Both the position numbers and the translations under genes were made by a program. Positions 50,817 through 63,182 of a DNA stretch of 64,000 nucleotides are shown piece after piece; the first letter of the stretch is position 1, and every line of letters begins with the position of its first letter. This DNA is from the human T2T-CHM13v2.0 reference genome, Homo sapiens: the NCBI RefSeq assembly GCF_009914755.1, contig NC_060927.1; one strand, given 5' to 3'. A model generated the notes under the pieces. It made no database searches. It was not told where the DNA came from and worked only from the letters and a program-made list of their open reading frames with translations.

Positions 50817-53800
50817 CTAAGTGAGAGTATATGGTATTTGGTGTTCTGTTTCTGCATGAGTTTGCTAAAGATAATGGCCTCCAGCTCCATCCATGTTCCT
50901 GCAACGGGCATGATCTCATTCTTTTTGTGGCTGCATAGTATTCCATGGTGTTTATGTACCACATTTTCTTTATCCAGTCTAGCATTAATGAGCATTTAGG
51001 TTGATTTCATGTCTTTGCAATTGTGAATACTGACACAATGAACATATGTGTGCATGTGTCTTTATAACAGAATGATTTTTATTTCATTGGGTATATACTC
51101 AGTAATGGGATTGCTGGATCTAATGCTATTTCTGTTTCACATTCTTTGAGGAATCGTGACAAGGTCCTCTACAATAGCTGAATTTATTTACATTCCCTCC
51201 AACAGTGTATAAGCATTCCTTTTTGTCTGCAACCTAGCCAGCATCTGTTATTTTTTGACTTCTTAATAATAGCCATTCTGATTGGCATGAGATAATATCT
51301 CATTGCAGGTTTGATTTTCATATCTCTAGTGATCAGTGACATTGAGCTTTTTTTCATGTACTTGTTGGCTTCATTTGTGTCTTCTTTTGAGAAGTGTCTG
51401 TTCATATCCTTTGCCCACTTTTCAATGGGGTTGTTTGGTTTTCTTCTTGTAAATTTGTTTAAATTCCTTCTAGATCCTGAATATTAGACCTTTGTCAGAT
51501 GCATAGTTTGCAAAAATTTTCTCCCACTCTGTAGGTTGTCTATTCACTCTATTGATAGTTTTCTTTGCTGAGCAGAAGCTGTTAAATTTAATTAGATTTC
51601 ATTTGTCAATTTTTGCTTTTGTTGCAATTGCTTTTTGGGTCTTCATCATGAAATCTTTGCCTGTTCCTATGTCTAGAATGGTATTGCCTAGGTTGTCTTC
51701 AAGGGTTTTTATAGTTTTGGGTTTTAGATTTCAGTCTTTAATCCATCTTGAGTTAATTTTTGTGCATGGTAGAAGGAAGAGGTCCAGATTTAATATTCTG
51801 CATATAGCTAGTTAGTTATCCCAGCACCATTTATTAAATAGGGAATCCTTCTCCCATTGCTTGTTTTTGTCAGGTGTGTCGAAGATCAGATAGCTGTAGG
51901 TGTGCAGTCTTATTTCTGGGTTCTCTATTCTGTTCCATTGGTTTATGTGCCTGTTTTTGTACCAATACCATGCTGTTTTGGTTACTGTAACTTTGTAGTA
52001 TAGTTTGAAGTCAGGTAGTATGATGCCTCCAGCTTTGTTCTTTTTGTTTAGGGTTGCCTTGGCTATTTGAGCTCTTTTATGGTTCCATATGAATTTTTAG
52101 AAAGTTTTCTGTAGTTCTTTAAAGAATATCAATTGTACTTTAATAGGAATAGCATTGAATCTATAAATCGCTTTGGGCAGTATGGCCATTTTAATGATAT
52201 TGATTCTTCCTATCCATGAGCATGAAATGTTTTTCCATTTGTTAGTGTCACCTCTGATTTCTTTGAGCAGTGGTTTGTAGTTCTCATTGTAGAGATCTTT
52301 CACCTCCATGGTTAGCTGTATTTCTAGGTATTTTATTCTTCTTGTGGCATTTTCCTAGGTATTTCATTCTTCTTGTGGCATTTGTCAATGGGATTGCATT
52401 CTGATTTGGCTCTCTGCTTGTTTGTTATTGGTGTATAGCAATGCTTGTGATTTCTGCACATTGATTTTGTATCCTGAGACTTTGCTGAAGTTGTTTATCA
52501 GCTTAAGGAGCTTGCAGGCTGAGTTTATGAGGTTTTCTATATATAGAATCATGTTGTGTGCAAATAGACATAGTTTGACTTCCTCTCTTCCTATTTGGAT
52601 GCCCTTAAATTCTTTCTCTTGCCTGATGGCCTTGGCCATGACTTCCAGTACTATGTTGAATGGGAGTGGTGAGAGAAGGAATCCTTGTCTTGTGCCTGTT
52701 TTCAAGGGGAATGCTTCCAGCTTTTGCCCATTCAATATCATATTGGCTGTGGGTTTTTCATAGATGGATCTTATTATTTTGAGGTATGATCCTTCAATAC
52801 CTAATTTATTGAGAGTTTTTAATGTGAAGAAGTGTTGAATTGTATTGAAAGCCTTTTCTGCATCTCTTGAGATAATCATGTGGTTTTTGTCTTTAGTTCT
52901 GTTTATGTGATTAATCATATTTATTGATTTGTGTATGTTGAACCAACCTTACATCCCAGGGATAAAACCCACTTGATTGTGGTGGATAAGCTTTTCAAAG
53001 TGCTGCTGGATTTAATTTACCAGTATTTTGTTGAGGATTATTTACATTGATGCTCATCAAAAATATTGGCCTGTTTTCTTTTTGTGTGTCTCTGCCAGGT
53101 TTTGGTATCAGGTTGATACGGCCATCATAGAATGAGTTAGGGAGAAGTCCCTCCTCCTCAATTTTTTGGCATAGTTTCTATAAAAATGGTACCAGCTCTT
53201 CTTTGTACATCTGGTAGAATTTAGTTATGAATCCATCTAGTCCTGGGCTTCTGGGATTTTCTTGGTTGGTAGGCTATTTATTACTGCCTTGATTTCAGAA
53301 CTTGTTATTAGTCTGTTCAGGGATTTTTTTCTTCCTGGTTCAGTCTTGGGAGGGTGTATGTGTCCAGGACTTTATTCATTTATTCTGTAATTTCTAGTTT
53401 ATGTGCACAGAGGTGTTCATACTATTCTCTAATGGCTGTTTATATCTCTGTGGGGTCAGTGGTAATATCCCCTTTGTCATTTCTGATTGTATTTATTTGA
53501 ATCTTCTCTTTTTTCTTGTTTATCAGTCTATCTAGTGGTCTTATTAATTTTTTTCAAAAAAAAACACCTCCTGGATTCATTGATATTTTGAACGGTTTTT
53601 TGATGTCTCTATCTCCTTCAGTTCAGCTCTGATTTTGGTTATTTCTTGTCTTCTGCTAGTTTTGGGATATGTTTGCTCTTGTTTTTTAGTTTTGTTAGTT
53701 ATGACATTAGGTTGTTAATTTGAGATCTTTCTAACTTTTTTATGTGGGCATTTAGTACTATGAATTTCCCTCTTAACACTACCTTAGCTGTGTCCCAGAG

Positions 53801-54981
53801 ATTCTGGTATCTTGTATCTTTGTTTTCATTAGTTTCAAAAAACTTTTTTATTTCTGCCTAATTTCATTATATACCCCAAATTCATTCAGAAGCTGGTTAT
53901 TCAATTTCCATGTAATTGTATGGTTTTAAGTGAATTTCTTATTCTCGATTTCTAATTTGATTGTGCTCTGGTCCAAGAGATTTTTTGTTATGATTTCAGT
54001 TATTTTACATTTGCCGAGGAATGTTTTACTTCCAATTATGTGATCGAATTTTACAGTATGTGACATGTGGTGATGAGAAGAATTTATATTCTGTTGTTTT
54101 TGGATGGAGAGTTCTGTAGATATCTACAGGTCCCTTTGATCCAGTGCTATGTTCAGATCCTGAATAGGTTAATTTTCTGTCTTGATAATCTGTCTAATAT
54201 TGTCAGTGGGGTGTTCAATTCTCCCACTATTATTGTGTGGGAGTCAAAGTCTCTTTGAAGTTCTCTAAGAACATTTTTATGAATCTGGGTGCTCCTGTGT
54301 TGGGTGCATATATATTTAGTATAGTTAGGTCTTCTAGTTGAATTGAACCCTTCACCGTTATATAATGTCTTTCTTTATCTTTTTTGATCTTTGTTGCTTT
54401 GAAGTGTTTTGTCTGAAATTAGGATTACAACCCTTGCTTTTTTTCTGTATTCCATTTGCTTGGTAGATTCTCCTGCGTTCTGTTATTTTGAGCCTATGTG
54501 TGTCATTATGTGTGAGATGGGTCTCTTGAAGACAGCATACCATTGGGCCTTGCTTTTTTATCCAGCTTGTCACTCTGTGTCTTTTAAATGGGGCATTTAG
54601 CCCATTTACGTTCAAGGTGAATATTGATATGAGTGTATTTGATCCTGTCACTGTGTTGTTAGCTGGTTATTATGTTGGTTTGTTTGTGTGTTTGCTTTAT
54701 AGCGACACTGGTCCTGTGTGTTTAAATGTGTTTTTGTAGTAGCTGGTAGTGGTCCTTTTTTTTTCTATCTTTAGTGCTCCTTTCAAGATCTCTTGTAAGG
54801 CACGTCTGGTGGTAACAAACTCCCTCAACATTTGCTTATCTGAAAAGCATCTTATTTGTTCTTCACTTAGGAAGCTAAGTTTGGCTGGATATGAAATTCT
54901 TGGTTGAAAGTTTATTTCTTTAAGACTATTGAGTATAGGCCCCTAATCTCTTCTGGCTTATAGAGTTCCAGCTGAGAGGTC
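50817..54981 (-). mobile_element. Outer LINE-1 (L1PA13-16-like) body, 5'-truncated within ORF1
   Basis: Resumes the 3'UTR at (C)TAAGTGAGAG; ORF2 peptides [29 protein letters not shown]...GTRQG, TGSN.LISI.TLNVNGLN. Confidence 0.95.
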
Positions 54982-54989
54982 ATTTATTA

Positions 54990-55460
54990 CTTAATTGAGC
55001 AATTATTTTCCTAGTGCTGTGATAGGTACAAGGCATGCAACAATGAAGAAGATAGTTGTGGCATCCACTTTAAGGAGCTGTGGGGTTGATGGGGAGGATA
55101 AACAATAATGTCTTGCTGGCAGAAGTACTTATTCATGTGTCTGTGCATGTGTGAGTGTGCATGTATGTTAGCATGTGCATCAGGTAGTTGAGGAATGGAA
55201 AGAAAAATTGAGGGGGTGTAAGGGGTGTCAGTGAAGGCCGCCAAGGAAGGCCTGGAGGAAAGGAAGAGAGGCACAAAGAGGAAGTAGGGAATGGAGAGTT
55301 GGATATTTTTTATCATCAAGTTAATAGTGTATATGAAAACCCAAAGTTGGGAGCAAGAGGTGAGGCAAGACATATTGGAGTAGCCAAAAGAAGCCCAGGC
55401 TGAAGTGGTAGGCAGAAGGTCTTAGGTACTACACTAAGAATGTTGGATTTCCCCAGAGTG
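54990..55460 (-). mobile_element. L2 relic
   Basis: AAGGAAGGCCTGGAGGA...GGCACAAAGAG...AAGGTCTTAGGTACTACACTAAGAATGTTGGATTT. Confidence 0.55.
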
Positions 55461-56681
55461 GGAACTCAGAAAGGCATATCAGAGGAGGTATTGCTATTGA
55501 TACAACAGGTCTTGCAAAATGATGACAAAACCAATGTATTGTAATTCAACATAATGAATTAGACCCAAGATCACAAAGCCAGGAATCTGTCTTAGGAAGA
55601 GCTTCCATGGCCTCTGCCTCTTGGCACCTTGGTTTCTCCAACCAAAATGGAGCAGGTATCAACTAGTTCCTTCTTGAGAGAGCACTTTGCTTGCCACACA
55701 TAAGTTTTCATTGCCTGAGATCCATAAAGCAGCTTATACCAAAAGAAAAAAAATAATCATATTATATTGCTAACATATTACGAGAGATTATAAGCTCCAA
55801 GTGTAAACACCAATTATGCTCAGTTAATATTCCCTAATAATATACATTAAAATTAGCTGAATAAAGGCCAAACACTGAGCCACAATTCTTAAGATCTTAT
55901 CTCTTAGTTGAAGAGCTGAATTGGGGGGGAGATCTGTATCTGGCATAGAAGATTCATTGTAGCATAAAGTACATTGCCTTCTAGCTCCTTGAGGTGTAAT
56001 GCCCTCTTTCATATGATTTCCTGAGTTCTTTCAGTATATAGTCTTTTAAAGTATACCTGTTATTCATTTGTCATTCTCAACCAGGTTCTGACAAATGCTA
56101 ATGGAAGAAAGGTGCCCATCTTTCTTCCAGTTATAACTTCCATGTTGTCTCAGTTATAACCACTAGGTTATAACACACAGCTCTTTCTGTTATAACATGG
56201 TCAATATCCTCCTGTTTAGCACCGAATTAGTCTCTAAATGCTGTTTCCGTTGCTTTTGGCTTTTTAACCACACATCATAACTCATAACTGCTATAGGCTT
56301 GGATGTTTCACTTTGCCCAGAATGATACTCATGGATTAATTTCAAGAGCCCCCATGCCTAAATCACCACAGCTCCATCTTAAGAGTAGTCTGCTTACTGC
56401 TGCTTCCTGGTCACATGATCATGAAAGGCAAGCAAAACTGGAGTGGGTTAGATATTTCCAAGTCCAACTGAAATTGTGAAAAATAAAGTGCTATAGTGAC
56501 CACAACTGTGAATTGGCAGAAATCATTTCCAACAACAAACTGGTATAGGTTTTTACCTTCTAGGAAGGATTGTATCCATCATAGACGTTAAATTTCATAG
56601 ATGAAAAAGAATTTGGTAAATGAATCAATCCCTTTGCTACATCTCCAACAAATTAATTGACCAGTTAACAATAGATTCTGA

Positions 56682-57003
<322 letters not shown>

Positions 57004-58124
57004 CGAACCAAGTGAATTCTATCCTTCACACCAGATGATAAGCTGAGTCAGCATTTTGCTAAATCAGGATAAAAAATTGTATTTAATTATTGTCTTTCTG
57101 ATGATCAGTTTGAAAAAGACCATTCAAGCCTTTGCTAATTATTCTTCCTTGGTATAGGCCTTGGTTTTTATTTATAACAGAATCAGAAGAAAAGTTTGCC
57201 CACTTCGTTACCTACCATGATTTCCACTGAAATCTTTTGCAAAGTATGTGTTTTCATAACTCTAGTTTCAGGAGGTGCTCTCTAAAAAAGTTCAATGAGA
57301 AAGAAGTTTCACGGTCAGAGATTTTAGGGACAGATTACAAATTATGTCACTTCTTGCACATTTACAATAGACATTAGCATAGTAAAGCCACTGAGAAGTC
57401 CTACAGTGAAAAAACCTATGTAATTTTATTTCACTAAGACTCCCTAAACTATCTGACCACAAAAGCCTGTTTTCAAATAACACCTATTAACATCCTGTGG
57501 AACAGTGGTCCATTGAACGTCCTCAGAAAGGATGCATTAGAGAGCCAGGAGACATCCAACAAGGCCAAGATATTTTCTAACCCTCAACTTTACTAAATAA
57601 CTGGCCAATTTAATTGCATTTATTCAATTACCTAAATATTAATCATTTTAAAAGTATACATTTTAACATCAACTATCTTACTGTAAAATTCTAGTCATTT
57701 AATACAAGCACCATATCAACACAGTGTCTGCCCTTTAGGAACTGCTAGTATTTTTGGAAAGAAAAAGATGCATTTCCTTAAAGGGAAGTTGCACAGAAAG
57801 GCCACATGTGATTATGTAAAAATTAGTGGGGCAGAATTAAGCACTATGAAAGTTGAAAGGAGGAGGGCAATTGAATCCACATTATCCACTTTTAGAGACA
57901 ATGGCAAAACCCATACACACCCTTTGTTCCCTTCTGCCTGTCATTTTTTCTTCCTTTCCCAGAGACACTCAGAATGCAAAATGTGTTATTTGTTCTGTGC
58001 CCACAGCTTTGGCAGGTTGGGATCCCTACATTGTTAAGCCTAAAGGCATTCAATATTAGAATTTATTGTCAGGAAGTCATAGATCTTAGGTCAGGGTTAG
58101 AAGAAAACTCTTACCCTCATCTAA

Positions 58125-58770
58125 GCCACCACATCCCTTGTCCTGGCCCCCAGTGGTATCCTTGCTGCCACCCTGGCCCCCTTATACATGGTTCCCCAGG
58201 CAGCAGCCAGAGTGATTCTTTTCAAGTGTAAATTGGACCCGGTCTTTTTTTCCAGTGGCTTCCCATCACAATTAAAATAAAACCTAAATTCTCACCACAG
58301 GCTACAAAACCCTGCAGTGATCTAGCCCCTGGCTACCTCTCTCATCTACCTCCTACCACACACCTCCCTCACAGAACTCCAAACCCACTGGGCATCTCCT
58401 GCTTCTCCTTTGAAGGCCTGCACACTTGCTGCCCTCTTCCCCACTGTGGCATTTCTCCTCGCTTCATCAGGTCTCGGCCCAAATGTTGTCTCCTCAGAAA
58501 AGCCATCCCTGGACCCCTTACCTTAAATAGCGCCCTTATTCCACACCTCACTTCCACTTAATCCTCCATTCTCCCTCATCCTCTTCATTTTTCTGCAACT
58601 GGCTTATTGCTTTTTAAAAATATTTATGTATTTACTTGTTGACCTTCTTGAGGGAGGGGACATAATTCTGTTTCATTCAATGTTGCAGTTCACAGTGTCT
58701 GGTACACATGAGGCATTCCATAAATATTTGTTGAATGAGTTAGTCAATCAATGAATGATTGAATGAATAA
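58125..58770 (+). mobile_element. L2a-like LINE 3' portion
   Basis: CAGCAGCCAGAGTGAT...CCAGTGGCTTCCCATCAC...TGATCTAGCCCCTG...TTCATCAGGTCTC...AAATATTTGTTGAATGA tail. Confidence 0.9.
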
Positions 58771-58919
58771 ATTTATAGTAGAATAAACATGCACAGCAAA
58801 GCAGGATATACGCCAAAAATTATCTGAATAAATTAGGAAGTACATACCTTCTCATAAAAATCCAGCAGGTGAGTAACTCTTATGGTGGCACAGGAATTCC
58901 AAGAACTTCCTCTGAAGAA

Positions 58920-59100
58920 AGTCACTTCTAGCTGGGTGGCTTTGCATAATTCACTTAGCTTTTTTGTGTCTCCAGTTCTCTTAACTGCAAAAGGAGGACA
59001 ATAATAACTACCTTGCAGGATTATTGTGACAATTAAAAAAGATAATGTGTATGAAGTTCATAGGCCAGCTGTCTTCCACAGTGGATGGTCATTATTATCA
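58920..59100 (+). mobile_element. MIR SINE relic
   Basis: CACTTCTAGCTGGGTGGCTTTG...ATAATAACTACCTTGCAGGATTATTGTGA. Confidence 0.75.
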
Positions 59101-59404
59101 ATTCGCCAAAGCTTCTTTTATAGAATTTCCTTAAATAGAAAGGTGCCTTTCATAAGTTCAAAGTGAAGGCCATTTGGCCTGCTAATACATGAGAAAAATA
59201 ATTAGTTATTCATGAAATGTATGGTAAGTATGAAGCAAATAAGTTTTTTAGATTATTGTTTTGAACTACCTAGACCACAAAGCCCCTCAGCATTCTGAGG
59301 ATAGGGACATGTGATACATCACCTATGCACTAATGTTTTTTACTTTCAGGGGACCTCTTAGCTTATCAGGAGAAAGCTACATGAAGAGTTTAAACAAGAA
59401 AACC

Positions 59405-59585
59405 CTTTGGTTTTGAAGTAATTTAAGAACTACAAAGAAGATGTGAAAACAGTATGGATTCCATATAACCATCACCCAGCTTCCACCAATGATATTGTGC
59501 ACAACCATAGTAGAAAGTCGAAACCAGAAAATTAACACTGGTCCGATTCTATTAACTTAGATACAAAACTTATTTGAATGTTTAT
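59405..59585 (-). mobile_element. Old L1MC-like 3' terminus
   Basis: TTCCATATAACCATCACCCAGCTTCC...AACCATAGTA...AAACCAGAAAATTAACACTGGT. Confidence 0.7.
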
Positions 59586-60039
59586 GGAGGATCTTTTCTA
59601 ATCTTGAAGTTGGGAGCTAATTGGGATCATATCTTGGTTCCATTAATCAGGCAAATGAGACAAACTTACAGATTAGTATATAAAGCTCTAATTTATATAA
59701 TTATTTTCCTTTTCAAATAATTTTAGAATTTAAGAAGCTGTTAGTTTCTACCTACCTAGAAGTCTGGTCTACGCATTCTGAAAAAGCAAAACACAAAGCC
59801 CTTCACAGTTCTAAAGAAATGCAGATATGAGAATCCCTGATTTTAACCTCTAAGCTCAAGGCCCATATTTCCCTGAGAAATGAATTCCTCCTTTTCCTGT
59901 TAGTTCTGGATATTGCTGTGCATTAGTGTTGAAAGGGAAATAAAGCTGAGGCAGGCCCGAAATTCAGCAAGCACTTAGACTCCAGCTAGAGGAGGACTAC
60001 GACAGAGAGGAGCCATCCACATGCCTAGGGAGGGCCTGA

Positions 60040-60460
60040 AGGTCCTGTGAGAGACATCCTTACTTGTGCTCCTTCAGCCTTTGCAAGTGCAGAAGCCACC
60101 TGCAGCCGGGCTGGTCACACACAGAAGGGCACATACCACCTGTTCCTCACCCAGGCGGTATTCTCCTTGCCGCAAAGCCTCCCGACTCACCACTTCTTCC
60201 AGTTCTGAATGTGACAAATTCGCATCAAGTGAAATTTGTTAATTTGACGTAACAAAAAGATATGCAAAAGCGTTCTTTAAAAAAACATCTAAAAATACTA
60301 ACACAAAGTCAGCTATAAGTGAGGTACTGTCATTTTTTCTGTTTCATTAACTGAACGCTTCTGTTTTCCTCTTTTGTGTAACCCCACCCTGCAGGGTGGT
60401 CCACTTGAACTAATGAAATATGGCTTTAAGTGTATCAGGGTGGAGATGACTCATGCTCCA
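60040..60460. promoter_or_regulatory. Candidate enhancer/promoter with bZIP motif cluster
   Basis: TGACGTAA (60245-60252), TTCGCATCA (60219-60227), ATGACTCAT (60446-60454) in non-repeat sequence with several retained CpGs. Confidence 0.3.
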
Positions 60461-60629
60461 TAATTAGAGTGCCTTGGGACTGAAAAACAGAGCTTTTGGT
60501 TTCAGGGCCATCCAGGTTTCACTTTTGATTCTTTATAAGATTTTTCCAAAATGTGAAGATCTTGTTCCAGAGAATAAAAAGATTGATCATGGCAAAATTA
60601 TATCAGAGTACCTCTCTTTTCCCTTAATT

Positions 60630-60830
60630 CATGTTGTAATGAAAGAGTATAGACTATGGAGCCAGGAAAGATGAGTTTGAATCCTAGCTCCACAATTTAC
60701 TGAATGTTTGAATTTGGGCAAATCATACCCTCAGTTTCCTCATCCGTACAATGGGTAATATAGTATAATACTATCTACTGGGTTTGTTTGGTGAATCAGA
60801 GAAGGTCATAAATGTGAAAGTCCTTTGCAA
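60630..60830 (+). mobile_element. MIR SINE relic
   Basis: GGAGCCAG...GTTTGAATCCTAGCTCCAC...TTGGGCAA...CCTCAGTTTCCTCATC. Confidence 0.85.
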
Positions 60831-60853
60831 ATAAAAGAATTTTACAGGTATGT

Positions 60854-61155
60854 GCCAGGCGCGGTGGCTCATACCTGTAATTCCAGCACTTTGGGAGGCT
60901 GAGGCAGGCAGATCATGAGGTCGGGAGATCAAGACCATCCTGGCTAACACGGTGAAACCCCGTCTCTACTAAAAATACAAAAAATTAGCCAGGTGTGGTG
61001 GCAGGCACCTGCAGTCACAGCTACTCGGGAGGGAGAATACTACTGAGGGAGAATGGCGTGAACCCGGGAGGCGGAGCTTGCAGTGAGCCGAGATCGCGCC
61101 ACTGCACTCCAACCTGGACAACAGAGCAAGACTCTGTCTCAAAAAAAAAAAAAAA
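60854..61155 (+). mobile_element. AluY, full length
   Basis: GACCATCCTGGCTAACACGGTG, GAATGGCGTGAACCCGGGAGGCGGAGCTTGCAG; 21-bp TSD AAAAGAATTTTACAG(G/A)TATGT at 60833-60853 and 61156-61176. Confidence 0.97.
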
Positions 61156-61829
61156 AAAAGAATTTTACAGATATGTTATCATTGCTATGTCACCTGGAAG
61201 AAACATAAAATCAAAAATCCCATTTAAATTCATTAGAACAGTTTGAATGTCATGCTAATGAAATGATTTGATAGATAAGCTTTTCCTTTCCTTCCTTTTT
61301 TTTCTCTTTCTTTTTTCTTTTCTTTTCAACTGGGGAATGAAAAGAGTATATAAAGAAGAGGCAGAAGCTATCTTTCTTCATAAAGTTCTTCGTAAAGCAA
61401 TCTTCATAAAGTTCATAAGATGTGCAGTGTCCTTTTTCTCCTTATGAATATTCTCCACAAAACTGTGCTCTGAGTCTTGCCACTGTGGAAAATCTGGAGG
61501 GAAAACCTAAAGCCAGTCTGCAAGAGAGTTTTCATAAGTCTTCATGGTAATGAGAAAAATAACCATAACTTGGTGAGCTAAATTAATTAAATTTACATGA
61601 CTGTCATTTATCCTGAGATTATGTCCTTCCTACCTTATTTAGTGTAAAAATCCCCTTTCTCTTCTGAAATGATGGTGATAGTGGATGGCAACTGTTTTGT
61701 TTGCTTTCAATGTCCTTACTCTGCAAAATAAGAAGTTGGCTACCCTATGTCAGGCCCCAATTATTTTTTGAAATTGGACTGGCCCATGACATGCCAATCT
61801 CTGGGAACCCTTGGCTTGGAAGGTTAATT

Positions 61830-62030
61830 GGAGATGGCAGGAATGGCGGTGGGGAAGCTAGTTCAGCTGCCTGTGTTTTGCTCCCTTCCCCAGAGCCCGC
61901 GGGGCCCACTGCCCCACATCCGGGCTGTCTCCAGTCCCTGGCTGTGTATCTGCGTCCCAGCCCCCCTGCTCCTCATCCCTGTCCGCTTCCCTCTCCCAGC
62001 CTCTCCGGGCTGGCGTCATCCTTCTAGACA
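61830..62030. promoter_or_regulatory. Short GC-rich, CpG-retaining segment, candidate regulatory element
   Basis: Locally GC-rich (CCCGCGGGG, CCGGGC, TGGCGTCA) against an AT-rich background; too short for a CpG island. Confidence 0.3.
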
Positions 62031-62609
62031 CAGCTTCATAAGTTTGCCATGTGCAGTGACCCTGTGTTGACACCGAGCCATGATACAAACTATGGGATTG
62101 TAATGAATCTCTAATTACCCACAGTACCTCAGAGAGTCGTCAGCCCTGCTGCTCAGCTATATTCCCCACCAATTTGGTCATCACCAAGCATTCAGACTGC
62201 AGCCAAACTCTATGCCTGGAAACTGGAAGCCCCCACAGTCTCAGCCAAATGAGGCTGGCTCTGCAGGCTTCTGGGAATGACAGGATGATTTGCTCCCTTG
62301 TTATGAATCAGAGAGGGCGTTTGCACATGAATCATTTAGCTCTGCATGGAGACCCTGTTCTCAACTTTTATTTCTCCTGTAGGTCAGGCTGAGTGGATGC
62401 TCAGGAACCCTCCGGTGATTGCCCTTGGGTGAGGTGGGGGCGGGGTAAACATTTTTAATTTCGTGGGATAATTCTGAATCCTACTTCTTAAGCTAAGCCA
62501 AAATGGGAGGTGAAAACTTGTCTAGGTTTCATAAAGTGACAAGCAGCAGATTTTTATTTTTCAATAGAAAATGTCATATCTTACCAGTGGGGAAAAATAG
62601 CTTCAGAAA

Positions 62610-62830
62610 AATGACAATAATAATATCCCTCCGCCCCCCCACTACATGCTGGAAATTGCTCTAGAGGCTGTGTATACATTATATCTAATCTTGACTAAGA
62701 CAAAAACACAATCGACCAACAACAAAGTCATTTTACAGACAAGAAAACTGAGGCTTGGACTGGTTAAGTAACTTGTTCAACTCATATCGCTAGAAAGCAG
62801 CAATTTGTCTCATTCCAAGGCACAGGCTTT
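62610..62830 (-). mobile_element. MIR SINE relic
   Basis: CATTTTACAGACAAGAAAACTGAGGCTT...GGTTAAGTAACTTGTTCAA. Confidence 0.82.
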
Positions 62831-63079
62831 CTAAGAATATTTAATAGTTGGAACTTAAGAGAGATCACTGGTCTTAAAGGGAAGATGGTCTTTTAATTTA
62901 CTATCAAATCTCAGTTGAAAAATTACTCCTGGTTTCCAAAATAAGTCATAGAATTTATTTTTTAAAGATTGAGTGAGATAATCAGCATGAAAATATTGAC
63001 TTGAAAAAAGTTAGTAAAATACTCGAGAAAGTGCTCAACTAAGTCAAGAAACATTTCAATTCAAATATCACTGATACAA

Positions 63080-63182
63080 ACATTAACTATTCTTTTCAAT
63101 ATTCAAATATCCCCTTGCATGAGACAGGTGCTGGGGAAATAAACATGCATAAGACACTCTCCACCTTCAAGGAGCTTAGAGG
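63080..63182 (-). mobile_element. L2 3' relic
   Basis: GGTGCTGGGGA...AAGACACTCTCCACCTTCAAGGAGCTTA. Confidence 0.55.

Noticed and set aside
45939-52763. Plus-strand ORFs of 87-115 aa within the L1 block
   Set aside because: Antisense frames of L1 ORF1/ORF2; not independent genes.
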